DNA of 62,998 bases, filler included, from Octopus bimaculoides (Eukaryota): assembly GCF_001194135.2 (NCBI RefSeq). It is 10 parts of 8 records of this genome, joined end to end, with 100 filler letters (N's around TTAATTAATTAA, not from the genome) between each part and the next. Parts side by side here need not be neighbours in the genome. Positions count along the whole stretch, not along the records: positions 32,624 to 54,858 come from NC_068994.1; positions 54,959 to 61,495 come from NC_069004.1; positions 61,596 to 62,998 come from NW_026420882.1; 7 more parts are not named here. One strand, 5' to 3'. The notes under the pieces were generated by a model. The model had not been told where the DNA came from. It was given only the letters and a program-made list of their open reading frames with translations, and ran no database searches. Within the stretch, counting starts at the first letter, position 1; each line of letters opens with the position of its first letter. Below are positions 50,040 through 62,998 of the stretch, in pieces. Position numbers and translations under genes: made by a program.

Positions 50040-52925
50040 CAGTACACCGAATCGCTTGTCCAATGGTTATACTGGAAGCGCGCCTGTCAGGAACCTGTCA
50101 GTCTGACGGCGAAAAATTTTCAAATAGCAGAATATCTTCTCCGAATACGAACCTGGAGGGTTACTTAAACGGTATTTGTCCCAAATTAAGCCCCCAAAGT
50201 TCACCACCACAACAACCACAAAATCAAAAATGTAAAAGAACTAAATGGAACCGGGAAGAATATAAAGAAGTAATATACGCTTATTACTTTGCATTAAGTA
50301 GGCCAACCCAAGAGAAACACACCGCAAACTCCTACAGAATTTGGAGGAGCCGGAATCCTGCAAGCAGACCAAATCTAGATGAAAACAGATTAGCAAATGT
50401 TAGAAGAGATATCTTCAGAAATACCAGACTCACAGATGCAGAATTAACCTCTATTAAAAAACTGGTAGAGAATGACCTAAATATAAGCCAGGAAAGAAAT
50501 AACGAAGCAGAGGAGAGGAATGCAGGACCACAAGAATTGACTGAAAGGCGACCATCTGCCGAAACCACTCAAGAGCCTGAAGAAAAAGGAGAATATAATG
50601 ACCCTAGGAAAAACAGCCAAGAAAATGATGTCGAAACAGAATTTGAAGACCACATATTTGCTGAACAACATAGAAAATCGATCATTGAAATGAAGCAGGA
50701 AGTTCTGAATGAGCTTGCAGTTGTAGGGCATACANNNNNNNNNNNNNNNNNNNNNNNNNNNNNNNNNNNNNNNNNNNNNNNNNNNNNNNNNNNNNNNNNN
50801 NNNNNNNNNNNNNNNNNNNNNNNNNNNNNNNNNNNNNNNNNNNNNNNNNNNNNNNNNNNNNNNNNNNNNNNNNNNNNNNNNNNNNNNNNNNNNNNNNNNN
50901 NNNNNNNNNNNNNNNNNNNNNNNNNNNNNNNNNNNNNNNNNNNNNNNNNNNNNNNNNNNNNNNNNNNNNNNNNNNNNNNNNNNNNNNNNNNNNNNNNNNN
51001 NNNNNNNTTTGATAGCATACCATATTCGTGGATTCTGAAATCGCTGGACATTTTCAAAATTTCTCCTGTGATTTCAGATTTTTTAAAGTATATATCACTA
51101 TGGAACACGAAGCTGCAATTATATCATTCTAATGGAGTATTGCGCTCAAACAATATTAGCATAAACTGTGGGATTTTCCTAGGTGACTCACTTTCACCAC
51201 TAATTTTTTGCATGGCACTAATACCACTCTCAAGTGAACTGAATAGAACAGGGTATGGCTATAAAATTGACAACAGGGAAATAAGCCATCTATTTTATAT
51301 GGATGATTTAAAACTATATGGCAAAGATGATAAAGAGCTTGAAGGACTACTACATACTGTGAAAGGATTCAGTGATGCTATCGGGATGGAGTTTCGCCTT
51401 GAAAAGTGTGCCTTAGATGTCGAAACAGTAATAAAGGAACTTGAGCAGGAACAAACCTATAAATACCTAGGAATAAATGAAGGCTCTGGTATCCAGCATG
51501 CAATCATGAAAGAGAAGGTTAGGAAGGAGTGTTATAGAAGAGTTCGAGCAGTTCTGAAGTCCGAGCTGAATGCATACAGTAAGGTGTTAGCCATAAATTC
51601 CTTAGCAGTCCCAGTTGTTCTTTATAGCTTCAATGTGCTTAACTGGAATACCAGTGAAATAATGAAAATTGATAGAAAAATCCGCAAGTTACTGACTTAT
51701 ATAATACGATGCACCATCCAAAGGCAGACGTGGATCGCCTTTACCTTCCCAGAGCTCAGGGAGGTCGAGGCTTGTTCCAGCTTGAACTTACGTACAAAAC
51801 CACCACAATCGGAATGGCCAAATACCTTGAAACAACCAACGATTGGATGCTAAAACTTGTTGAAAAACATGAAAGACCGAAAAAACTTCACTCTATTCTG
51901 AAAGCGAGCAAAAAATTCGCTACTGATCTCTTAGATACCCACCAGCTCGATCAGGTTGAAGGAAATGCGCCAACTGCTGCTGCAAAGAAAATAAAATTAA
52001 TTGCAAAGACAAAAGCACATGAAAAATTAGCTTGCAGATGGGAACAGAAACCTCTGCATGACAAGTATGTGGCCCAGAAACACACGCATCAATGGTTACG
52101 AAGCTCATGGCTAAAAGCAGAGAGGGAAGATTTCATATTAACTGCTCAAGACCTAAACTTATTAACCCGGAACTACCAAGCCAATGTGATAAAAAATAGA
52201 GCTGACCCAAAATACCGATTCTGTAACGATGCGATTGAAACTATAGACCACCTAATCTCAGGGTGTAGAGTCTTAGCACCTGTAGAATATAAAGCAAGAC
52301 ATGACAGAGTCGGCCAGTATTTATACTGGACAATATGTCGGCATTATAAAATCAAAACCGCTGACAAATGGTATAAAGACCATCCTGAAGCTGTGACTGA
52401 GGGAGAAAATGTATCGATTCTCTGGGACTTCCCCGTATATACCGACAAACCTATAAAAGCTAATAAACCGGATATTATTACAATAGATCAGACAAAAAAG
52501 AAGTGTTTATTAATTGACATGAGTATTCCTTGTGATTATAATATAGCGGTGAAAGAATTTGACAAGATCAGTAAATATAAAGACTTGCTAATAGAAATTG
52601 AAAAAATGTGGCACCTCAAGGCGACTACCGTAACAGTGATTGTAGGATCTCTAGGAATGATAAAAAAAGGTACTGAAACCTATTTGAAAATGATACCAGG
52701 CTTACCATCCCTACAGGAAGTGAAAAAAATCGTGTTAACTGGAACGACTCATGTACTGAGAAGAGCATTATCGCTGTGAAAACAACATCCATTCTTGAAT
52801 TTATTTATTAAGTTTTTTTAAATACATATTTCTCCTGTGGATTTGCGTGTGTAAACTGGGAATGCATACAATGAGCTTCTCTGCTCTAGGTGTACGGAAA
52901 ACACTCGGCAAGAAAAAAAAACATA
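50040..52925 (+). mobile_element. Near-full-length R4/Dong-like LINE (copy 2), frameshifted and gapped
   Basis: N-terminal KRTKWNREEYKEVIYAYY; RT GIFLGDSLSPL, FYMDDLKLY; RFCNDAIETIDHLISGC, YKARHD, ILWDFPVYTDKPIKANKPDII, LTGTTHVLRRAL. Confidence 0.92.
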
Positions 52926-52934
52926 ATAATAATT

Positions 52935-54688
52935 GCGAGGAATGTAACGTGTTTCCTGAAGAGAAGCATGGTGGGATGGAAGACTGAACTGACATCTTAC
53001 AGAGAAAGCTTGGGCACTCTGGGTATCAACAGAGGGATTTTCCAGGGTGACAGCCTATCTCCGTTGCTTTTCGTTCTCTGCATGACACCTCTGACCTTGG
53101 CACTCAGGAAATGAACCTGGGGTATCAACTAAAGGTAAAATCCCAAACAATCAACCACCTCCTCTTCATGGATGATTTGAAACTGTATGGCAAAGATGGA
53201 ACACTAGTGAATTCCTTGGTGAACACGGTCCACTGTTTTAGTACTGATATTAGAATGGAATTTGGACTCAAGAAGTGCGGAGTAATCTACCTAAAAAGAG
53301 GCAAGGTACAGTCCCTAGCAGGGATAGAATCACCGAAGAGAGACTTGATTAAACAAATTGAAACGGATGGATACAAATACCTTGGTGTACTAGAGTCCAA
53401 TGAGATAATGAAAGAACAACTGAGGATGGAGTATTTCCGAAGACTGAGGTTGATGTTGCGCTTAAAATTAACTGGATGGAATAAAATCCAAGCAGTTAAT
53501 ACGTGAGCGATAACATCACTTCGGTATGGAGCGGGAATTATAAAATGGCAAAAGAGAGAAATGAAGAAAATGGAAACCAAGACTAGAAAAATGTTGACAG
53601 TACACGGAGCCTTCCACCCTACGAGTGACACCAATAGGCTGTACTTGTCCAGAAGAAAGGGTGGGCGAAGTTTGATCAGTTGCCAGAACTGTATCGAAGC
53701 AGAGAGAAACAGCCTAGGGTGGTATATAAGAAATGCCGTGGAGCCACTGTTGAAACACACGAAGAACGCCGGTGTCATCAAAACTGAATATTGTGTACCT
53801 AAAGAAAAATTTAAACAAGAAATAAACGAAAAAAAAAAAAAAGCATTGGAAGGAAAAAATGTACGGTCAGTTTGCAAGACATGTGAACGCCAAGACAGAT
53901 ACAGAGGACCGGTGGCTATGGATGAAGAGGAGGGACCTGAAGATAGAGACAGAAGCACTTATATGCGCAGCTCAGGAACAACTGCTAAAGACCAATTATA
54001 TGAAATGCAAAATTGACAACACTACCGATAGTGACAAATGCAGAACGTGTGGTGAGAGGGGTGAAACGGTATGGCAGAACGTTAGCGAATGCCTGAAATT
54101 GGCACAATGCGAATACAAACGACACCATGACAATGTGGCAAGAACGATACATTGGGAGCTCTGTGGAAATCACGGCCTACAAAGAGCAAAGACGTGGTAT
54201 GAGCAAACCTCAGAAGGAGTCACCGAAAATGAGAACTGCAAAATCCTGTGGGATGTAATGATCCAGTGCGATCACCTGACCGGACATAGGAAACCGGACA
54301 TTGTTGTGGTGAATAAAATAGCAAGAACGTGCATGATAATCGACATAGTATGCCCCGGTGACAACAGGATCAATGTGAAAGAAGAAAAATAAACAGCTAT
54401 GACGATTTAAAGTGGGAAATACGAAGGTTGTTGTCAATGAATAGAGTAGACGTGATAACAATAGCAATTGGTGCACTTGGAGATATCATTACTCAACTAC
54501 CAACATGGCTGAAAAGATCGGTGCAAGTGTGAAGGTAGAGCACCTACAAAAACCAGCATTGCTTGGAACTGCAAAATTCTTCTCAGGGTTCTTGAAACAC
54601 GACCAGTAAACAAGTGTCACCTTAGTCTGGTGGCTGTGGACAGCTGATACTGTCCATCATACCCAGCAAAATAAAGCTGTGAGTTTTC

Positions 54689-54690
<2 letters not shown>
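52935..54690 (+). mobile_element. 5'-truncated R4/Dong-like LINE (copy 3) with (TAA)n tail
   Basis: GIFQGDSLSPLLF, LFMDDLKLY, CRTCGERGETV, YKRHHD, ILWDVMIQCD..RKPDIVV; (TAA)n at 54690-54760. Confidence 0.92.
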
Positions 54691-54761
<71 letters not shown>

Positions 54762-55563
54762 TTTACATTTTGTAACTGTTGTGATGAAGGTAAATGCCCT
54801 ATTAATATCCAGTGTCTTAGGAAAAATATCGTACATAAATGTTCAATTATGGCTCTTGNNNNNNNNNNNNNNNNNNNNNNNNNNNNNNNNNNNNNNNNNN
54901 NNTTAATTAATTAANNNNNNNNNNNNNNNNNNNNNNNNNNNNNNNNNNNNNNNNNNNNATACGTATACATAGAGATCACGTGTTTCTCCTTTCTCTACTA
55001 AACTTAATTACTCTCGTCCTCAATTACTATATTTTCTTGTATTATGTTAGAGGCTCTTCTGAAGACGTGGTTTTTTGTATTATTTTTGTCATGTTTTTTA
55101 TCGCTTTGCATATGTTTTGTTCGTTTGCTTTTTTGTTTTTAGTCTCATCCTGTGTTCCTGTGTGTACTCCTACGCTTGCGCAAGCAACAAACCTTGGGAA
55201 TAAGTTTCCTGTTTTTGTTCGTGTCTATCTCTCTTTTTCTGTCTCCATCACACACAATCACACGCACACACACACACCCACATACGTGCGCAAGCGCGCA
55301 GACTCACATCCAGTAGAACTCACGCGTACACATATACATATGCATATACATACATGTACATACTCACAAACATACATATATATATATGTATGCATACTCT
55401 CACACACATATACATATATATGTATATGTATATATGTATATATATATAGCCTGATAGACCCTGCTATGTCAAGATGGACTTATATATTCTTCCTCTGCTC
55501 TCTCCCACTTGGTTTTAATATGTTGCCACATTTGTAATATGTCTTTTTTTCTACATTTTTTCG

Positions 55564-55652
55564 TGCAGCTGAAGATTGCTCTTCATATTGCATTTAAGGT
55601 AATGCTCACATTACTTAAATAAATTGAAGTAGCATGAAACGTGCGTACTGCA
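55564..55652 (+). ncRNA. Type-I hammerhead ribozyme motif with long helix II
   Basis: UGCAG-CUGAAGA-uUGCUCUUCA...UUUAAgGUAAUG(cuca)CAUUACUUAAA...UGAAGuAGCAu-GAAA-CGUGC-GUA/CUGCA. Complete core; perfect 5-bp helix I. Confidence 0.72.
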
Positions 55653-55757
55653 ATCACTTTTGAAATCCGTGTTGCTTATTATTTGATTTTAATCACCCAT
55701 CCTTTTGGGATGTGATATTCGGGTGCCTTCGCATAAGTACCATATTCAAGCCTTGAA

Positions 55758-55842
<85 letters not shown>

Positions 55843-56410
55843 GTGTGTATATATATATACACACTCATACATATACCTATGTATACATACATACATACAC
55901 TCACATAAACGTACGTACGTACGCATGAATATATGTATGCATTCTTCTATGTATGTATGTATGCATGCATGCGTATGTGCACGTACACAAACATACACAA
56001 ATACACACAAACACATACACTCTTGTGCGTAGATTGTTACCGATGTGCAAGATATTTCGCCATTTTGACAAGATAATGAGAGAAACCAATAAATATCCGA
56101 TAGAAAATACAGTCTTTACAACATTCAAAGATTTCTATTTCTTTGGTACACTTCCATTTGTAATCGTATCCTTTGAATGTGAGGACGGAGATGGAAGTGC
56201 ATTCTCTCTCTCTCCAAGTAAATTTGTGAAAAGATGGATGACTGTTGTAAAAATGGTAAGAGTAAATGAAACTGCTCTACGCATGCGCCTATAGATTGGA
56301 GAACAACTGTTGGGCGAGGGCTCCTGTCTTTGGGGGAGTCAGAGAAAATCCTGGATCTGTGGGAAGTTCTCCTGTGTCAGGAGGACTGCTCACATACTTT
56401 TGTGTACCAT

Positions 56411-57305
56411 GTACGCGGTAGTATCAAAAAGTTTCCGGACTAGTTCGGTAGCGCACCAACAGATGGCAACATACGGCTCCATGCGCAATAAGAGATAGCA
56501 GTGACCTTTATGAGGCAGTGTGCCGAGTGTCGTTGCTGTGTTTATTTCGAATGTCGTGAAATTGGTGTTTTTGTGATCACGTGTATGCTGTAGTCTGTTA
56601 TTTTTGTCATGGATAGGAACAAAGAACCAACGTGAAATTTTGCGTTAAACTTCAGAAGTCTGCTACAGAGACATTGAGCATGCTTCGGCAAGCTTACGGC
56701 GACGAGGCAATGGGTCGTACGCAATGTTTCGAGTGGCACGGGTTCTTCAAAAGTGGAAGAACATCCCTGGAAAACGATGAATAATCTGGAAAACCTGCTA
56801 CGTATGTCAGCCCCGGAAATGTGGTATTGTGCATCGAGAATTCGTCCCCCAGGGCCAGACCGTCAATCGAGAGTTCTACTGCGACGTTTTGAAGCGTCTG
56901 AGGGAGAACATTCGGTGAAAGCGACCGGATGTGTGGAGCGCCAAGAATTAGATTATTTACGATGATAATTCCCCCTGTCGCCGAGCTCTCCTCACTCGAG
57001 TGGTTCTCCCTCAAAACAACATGGTTTTGCTCCTACACCTGCCCTATTCGCCAGATTTAACACCTGCAGACTTCCATCTCTTCCCCCAAGAGGAAAATGC
57101 AGCTCAAAAGTCGCCGTTTTAACACCGTTGTCGAGATCCAGAGCAAATCGCGGAAGGCCCTCGATTCGCTTACGGAAAACGACTTCCAGGCTGGATTCTA
57201 AAAGTGGCAGGAACGCTGGGACGGGTGTATTGCTGCGCAAGGGAACTATTTCGAAGAAGATGATATTAAAACTTAAGGTAAATAAGTTGTTTTTTTTATT
57301 AAACT
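56411..57305 (+). mobile_element. Internally deleted mariner (SETMAR-like) transposase remnant
   Basis: Left TIR-like tacgcggtagtatcaaaaagtttccggact; MLRQAYGDEAMGRTQCFEWHGFFKSG; PYSPDLTPADFHLFP; QGNYFE; right TIR not seen. Confidence 0.88.
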
Positions 57306-57407
57306 GTAGCCCATCATTTATACCAAGACAAAACATGGACATGATAACACTTCCAATCAATTAAGATCAGAAGCCATGAGAGCCACTGCCTGGTACTGCA
57401 TCCGGGC

Positions 57408-57454
<47 letters not shown>

Positions 57455-57455
<1 letters not shown>

Positions 57456-57835
57456 GGTGCTTCGCTGGCAGAGTCGTTAGCAAGCCAGGCGAAATGTTTA
57501 ACGGTATTTCGTCCGTCTTTACATTCTGTGTTCAAATTCCACCGAGGTCCACTTTTGCCTTTCATATCCTATCAGGGTCAATAAAATAAGTACCAGAAGA
57601 TCACTGGTATCGATGTAATCGATTTACACCTTCCCCAGAAACATGCTGGCATTGTGCCAAAATTTGAAACCATTACGTTCTGAGTTCGAATTCCGCCGAG
57701 ATTGACTTTGCTTTTCAGCCTTTCGGAGTCCAGAAATTAAGTACAAGTCAAGTACGGGTGTCGATGCGATCGACTGTGCCCCCTTCCCCAGAAAATCCAG
57801 GCCTTGTGCCTTTAGTAGAAAGAATTATTATTATT
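57455..57835 (+). mobile_element. Two tandem SINE family A copies with different 3' tails
   Basis: The gttcaaattcc...ttcatatcc block occurs twice; tails ccaaaatttgaaacc and gtagaaagaattatt. Confidence 0.85.
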
Positions 57836-58503
57836 ATTTAACACATCCCACAGTATCTCTTTTTCTCCCCTCCCTGTCTGTTTCTCTCTATCCCCTCTCT
57901 CTGCCCATCTCAATGTCTCCCTCTTTCTTTCTCTCCATCTTTATCTCTTTTTCTCCGTACTCTCTTTCTTTCTTTCGTACCTTCCTCCCAGCCTCCCAAC
58001 CTTTGTACCTTCTTTCTTTCTTCCTTCCTACTTTTCTTTCTCTTTCTTTCTTCATCCCATTCTCTCCTTCCCCCTTTCTCTCTCAAACAAATTATCTGTA
58101 GTGAAACTCGGAAGTAGATGGCCTCCACCAGGTCTTAAAAATGCCTAACACACTCTGCAGTTCAAGACAGCTCCCTTTGTACCCCTATTAGAAACTGCGA
58201 ATCCGCAGCATAACTTATAGAGCAACATAGTCCCTCCCTTACATATACAACTCGACGGAATGACCACAGTTTTGGATGTCTTTGAATATAGATTCCTGCT
58301 CGATTGTAGTTAATCTGGCTCTAAACAACTGCTGCAAGTCTTCATTCAATGAGCAGCATCAGGAATACAAAATGGCGTAGTACAACTTCCCTCACATGCA
58401 TGCATATACACACATATTTTTCAATGCGCATGCCTACACCATCCCTAATTTTATACATATAATAAATGATAATTCTTAAAGATTCACTATCACTTTCTCT
58501 CTT

Positions 58504-58558
<55 letters not shown>

Positions 58559-58855
58559 NNNNNNNNNNNNNNNNNNNNNNNNNNNNNNNNNNNNNNNNNN
58601 NNNNNNNNNNNNNNNNNNNNNNNNNNNNNNNNNNNNNNNNNNNNNNNNNNNNNNNNNNNNNNNNNNNNNNNNNNNNNNNNNNNNNNNNNNNNNNNNNNNN
58701 NNNNNNNNNNNNNNNNNNNNNNNNNNNNNNNNNNNNNNNNNNNNNNNNNNNNNNNNNNNNNNNNNNNNNNNNNNNNNNNNNNNNNNNNNNNNNNNNNNNN
58801 NNNNNNNNNNNNNNNNNNNNNNNNNNNNNNNNNNNNNNNNNNNNNNNNNNNNNNN

Positions 58856-58907
<52 letters not shown>

Positions 58908-60409
58908 CATATATATATATATATAAGCATATATATATATATATAAGCATATATATATATATATAAAAGTATATACATACGCACACACACTCACAAACAT
59001 ATACATATAAACCCACAAAGACATATACATACACGTACAAGCGTAGGATCTACATTCATTAATACGTTCAACGACACGCGCGCATATACACACATACATA
59101 CACACACAGGTATACACACACACAGACACACGTGCGCATACAAGCACGCCACAAACGTATGCCTTACGAGAAAGAAAGGTATGCAAAAACAGAAACACAG
59201 ACATATACCTTCACGTGCTCATGTATACATATACACCCATCCATATTCGTACACATCTACATACATACAAGCATATGCAAACAAATACATAGACACACGC
59301 ACAAATATACACACATTCAGACATGCACGAATATACACCAACATTCGCATAGATATACACAGCCAACCCAACATGCACGACGAAATTATATGCAAGAACA
59401 TTCATAAAGATGTAAATACATATATATATATATANNNNNNNNNNNNNNNNNNNNNNNNNNNNNNNNNNNNNNNNNNNNNNNNNNNNNNNNNNNNNNNNNN
59501 NNNNNNNNNNNNNNNNNNNNNNNNNNNNNNNNNNNNNNNNNNNNNNNNNNNNNNNNNNNNNNNNNNNNNNNNNNNNNNNNNNNNNNNNNNNNNNNNNNNN
59601 NNNNNNNNNNNNNNNNNNNNNNNNNNNNNNNNNNNNNNNNNNNNNNNNNNNNNNNNNNNNNNNNNNNNNNNNNNNNNNNNNNNNNNNNNNNNNNNNNNNN
59701 NNNNNNNNNNNNNNNNNNNNNNNNNNNNNNNNNNNNNNNNNNNNNNNNNNNNNNNNNNNNNNNNNNNNNNNNNNNNNNNNNNNNNNNNNNNNNNNNATAT
59801 ATGTATACACACACACATGTGTGCATACATATGTATATATATCCACATACAAATATTCACGATTTTCCCTGTGAAATAGACGAGGGTGGAACTTACATTA
59901 AAGACTTCGTGACTCTAAAGTACAACAACAACAGCAGCAGCAGCAGAAACCTTAACGACAACAACAACAGTCACAGGAACAATATAGGCATTAAGCAATA
60001 ATGTCAAAAACATGAGCAGCAAAGTTAACACCACCAATACCACCACCGCGACTACCACCTCTAAAACCACAACCACGACCACCACCAGCACCACCACAAC
60101 AACAAGACCCAGTAGTACCAACACACCATTATTACCCGCGACCACTACCATTGCCATCCTCACCATCACCGTATTACAAAAACACACATATCAAAACAGA
60201 ACATTGGAAAATTTGTTTTGGACATGTAATTACGCTCCAAATAGAATTTCGCCAGAAATTCCACTTTCCATGTGATAGATCTCAGGCAAAATAAAAACAT
60301 CTTTATGCATATATTTGACCAATGTGAACGTACAGATGTCCTTCACGAGGAAACAGCTAGGAAATATAACCTCTTATATATATAATATATATATATGTAT
60401 GTATGTATA

Positions 60410-60744
60410 GGCGCAGTAGTGGCTGTGTGGTAAGTAGCTTGCTTGCCAACCACATTGTTCCTGGTTCAATCCCACTGCGTGACACCTTGTGGGTTGATTT
60501 GGTAGATGGAAACTGAAAGAAGCCCGTCGTATATATGCATATGCTTGTGTCTGTCCCCCCCCCACGTCGCTTGACAACCGATGCTGGTGTGTTTACGCCC
60601 CCGAAACTTAGCGGTTCGGCAAAAAGAGACCGATAGAATTAGTACTAGGCTTACAAAGAATAAGTCATGGAGTCGATTTGCTCGATTAAAGGCGGTGCTC
60701 TAGCATGGCCGCAGTCAAATGACTGAAAGAAATAAGAAATAAAA

Positions 60745-60745
<1 letters not shown>
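60410..60745 (+). mobile_element. SINE family B, near full length
   Basis: gcagtagtggctgtgtggtaagtagcttgcttgccaaccac...ggttcaatcccactgcg...aaggcggtgctctagcatggccgcagtcaaatgactgaaa. Confidence 0.9.
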
Positions 60746-60791
<46 letters not shown>

Positions 60792-60980
60792 GGAGTAAGC
60801 ACATGAATGTGAAACAAGATGGAAAAAAAAGAGTACTCAAATACCAAAGGTAGAGTAATATGCTTTATTAGGCATTAAGCAATGACCTCAAATAACACAC
60901 ACACACACACATATATATTTAAATAAACAATCAATTCAATTAAACGAGTTAAAATTAACGGCGTTCGATGAAAAGAGAGA

Positions 60981-61015
60981 GTTTGACGTTTCGAGCATAG
61001 CTCTTTGTCAGAATC
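60981..61015 (-). ncRNA. Hammerhead-like minimal motif (G8A, extra A before helix II)
   Basis: GAUU-CUGACAA-A-GAGC(uau)GCUC-GAAAC-GUC/AAAC. Confidence 0.45.
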
Positions 61016-61124
61016 GGAGAAAGGGAAAAGTCCAAAGAAGGAAAAGAAACCGTTAACGGCACGTGTGTAATTACATTGCTGAAATTACCGGAAGTAGAAA
61101 GATATATATAAATATACATGTTAC

Positions 61125-61418
61125 CGGCACTCGGTCGGTTACGGCGACGAGGTTTCCAGTTGATCTGATCAACGGAACAGCCTGTTCGTGAAATTAACGT
61201 GCATGTGGTTGAGTACTTCACAGACACGTGTACTCATGTGTAGTGCTTAGGGGAATTCAGCGTGACACAGAATGAGACAAAGCTGGGCTTTGAAATACTG
61301 GTACTACAGCTGAGTGGATTAGCGTAACGTGAAATAAAGTATCTTGCTTAAGGACACAACGCGTCGCTGGGAATTGAACCTATGACCTTCCGCTAACCTC
61401 TAAGCCACCCGCCTTCAC
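61125..61418 (-). mobile_element. SINE sharing its 3' tail with family C but with a different body
   Basis: gttgatctgatcaacggaacagcctgttcgtgaaattaacgtgc is the reverse complement of about 20968-21013; head gtgaaggcgggtggcttagaggttagc. Confidence 0.8.
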
Positions 61419-62442
61419 TATATGCGTATATATACGAGCGGGTACTAAAAAACCCCGCAATTTTGCAATATTATTATATTCACTTATGTGTGCATNNNNN
61501 NNNNNNNNNNNNNNNNNNNNNNNNNNNNNNNNNNNNNNNTTAATTAATTAANNNNNNNNNNNNNNNNNNNNNNNNNNNNNNNNNNNNNNNNNNNNCAATC
61601 ACCGCTCAATGTTATTGTTTACTCCCAGGTCAGTCTTATTTGAGCGAGGCTTTCACCAAAGGCTTTTCAGCTATGATTGTTCCATCTTTCATTCAGACAT
61701 ATTACAAAATGTGGCTTGGTCTTGGGTGAACTCTTTACAACTCTGAAGGTGGTATGGTGTGATTTGAAGGGTATTTGATTCTTATTTCTAGTCATTTTGT
61801 GTTAGTTTCTGAGGTTTCAAAGCTTAGTTTACTTGATATGTCAACAGCTATTTAAGTGGACTATCTCCAAACTTAATTTAAAAGAGAAAAATTACATACT
61901 ATCTCTCTGTAATCCTAGTTACAAAATAAGTCTTTGATTGAATAGATATTCAAAATCTAATTTTACTTAAAATTCATCTACATGGTTCCAGGTTTAAACC
62001 ACTATGCAACTCCTCAGGCAAGTGTCTTCTACCCATAGCCTTGGGTAACAAAGGCCTTGTGAATGATTTACATTTAAAATAATTACTATATACATTTTAC
62101 TGTATTGTACATAACAGAAATTAGATAGACCATTTCAACAAAATCAGTTATCAACCCTTTAGAATTTAAATCAGGCATATCCAGCCAAAATAATCTTCCT
62201 GCTTTATGTTCAAATTGGCCAGATCCAGCCTCTCACACCCATCCTACAATGTTAGTCTAAAAAGTATACAGTCATATAATCAAAATTTTAAGGCTACAAG
62301 ATAATGCAGGATAAATTCAAAACAATGTGAATAAATAANNNNNNNNNNATAAATTCAAAACAATGTGAATAAATAATTGTTACATTTGATAGAATAATCT
62401 GAATGCTAAAAGGTTAAGCAAATCTTAATGTCAAACAAAATA

Positions 62443-62649
62443 CAGGGTGTCGATAAATTACCTTTATAATTTGAAAAGTTCAGAAACAAATGAAAAGTAA
62501 AGATAACTCAGGATAGTTGATTGGAAAACATAGGCAAACAAAGATTTATTGAAAACACCAGTACACTTTCTACGTGGGCTCCATTGGTTGCGTGCAACAC
62601 ATCTAGATGATAAACTGTTGAAATTGTAAAGATAATTTATGAACACCTA
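62443..62649. mobile_element. Small mariner-derived MITE
   Basis: TA/cagggtgtcgataaatta ... taatttatgaacaccta/TA. Confidence 0.6.
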
Positions 62650-62998
62650 TACAGACAGTATATATACTTATGGCCCTTTAAGCTATGAGTTCAGAAAGCA
62701 AAGTTGGCAAGATCAATAAAATAAAGAGATCAATAAAATAAAGTATCAGTCAAGTAATGGATTTGATTTAATATTCCTATACAAGTATTCTATATGTGAA
62801 TGGAATTATAATAGAAAACTAGCTGCAATTATGGTAATGGGGATGAAAAGTTTGCTTCCCAGCCACATAGTTGTGGGTTCTGTCCCACCGTATGCACTTT
62901 GGATATATATATATCTTGCTACAGCTTTGAACTGACCAATGCTTTGTGAGTGTATTTAATAAACAACTACTCAATGATAACAGTAATTGTGGATCAAT

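Noticed and set aside
2500-59879. Long X-filled and YIYI/CVCV/poly-I/poly-N ORFs in the track
   Set aside because: Produced by N-gaps and di-/tri-nucleotide microsatellites.
9429-61552. Recurrent ttaattaattaa between short N runs (about 9429, 12643, 19914, 22057, 26138, 29602, 32567, 54903, 61540)
   Set aside because: Identical 12-mer centred in fixed-length N blocks: a scaffolding linker, not biological.
62310-62378. 28-bp direct repeat around a 10-N gap
   Set aside because: Typical unmerged contig overlap.

Overview
AT-rich eukaryotic intronic/intergenic DNA with many N-gaps and microsatellites. The SINE families and repeat landscape resemble an octopus/cephalopod genome (inference from recollection, not a search). 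Most long ORFs in the track are artefacts of gaps or simple repeats. The only host-gene evidence I can support is one clean 72-nt phase 2-2 leucine-rich-repeat exon (10495-10566, minus strand). The rest is a layered transposon record: Penelope-like elements, R4/Dong-like REL LINEs, Tx1/L1-like and CR1-like LINEs, Tc1/mariner remnants, MITEs and at least three tRNA-SINE families. The most notable signal is about ten sequence-diverse type-I hammerhead ribozyme motifs. Six have a complete CUGANGA...GAAA...NUH core and four carry core lesions; several show non-canonical helix II closure. Also notable: REL LINEs bracketed by (TAA)n or (CATA)n, a 113-bp-arm near-perfect palindrome, and a local duplication that may hide a second LRR exon in a gap.
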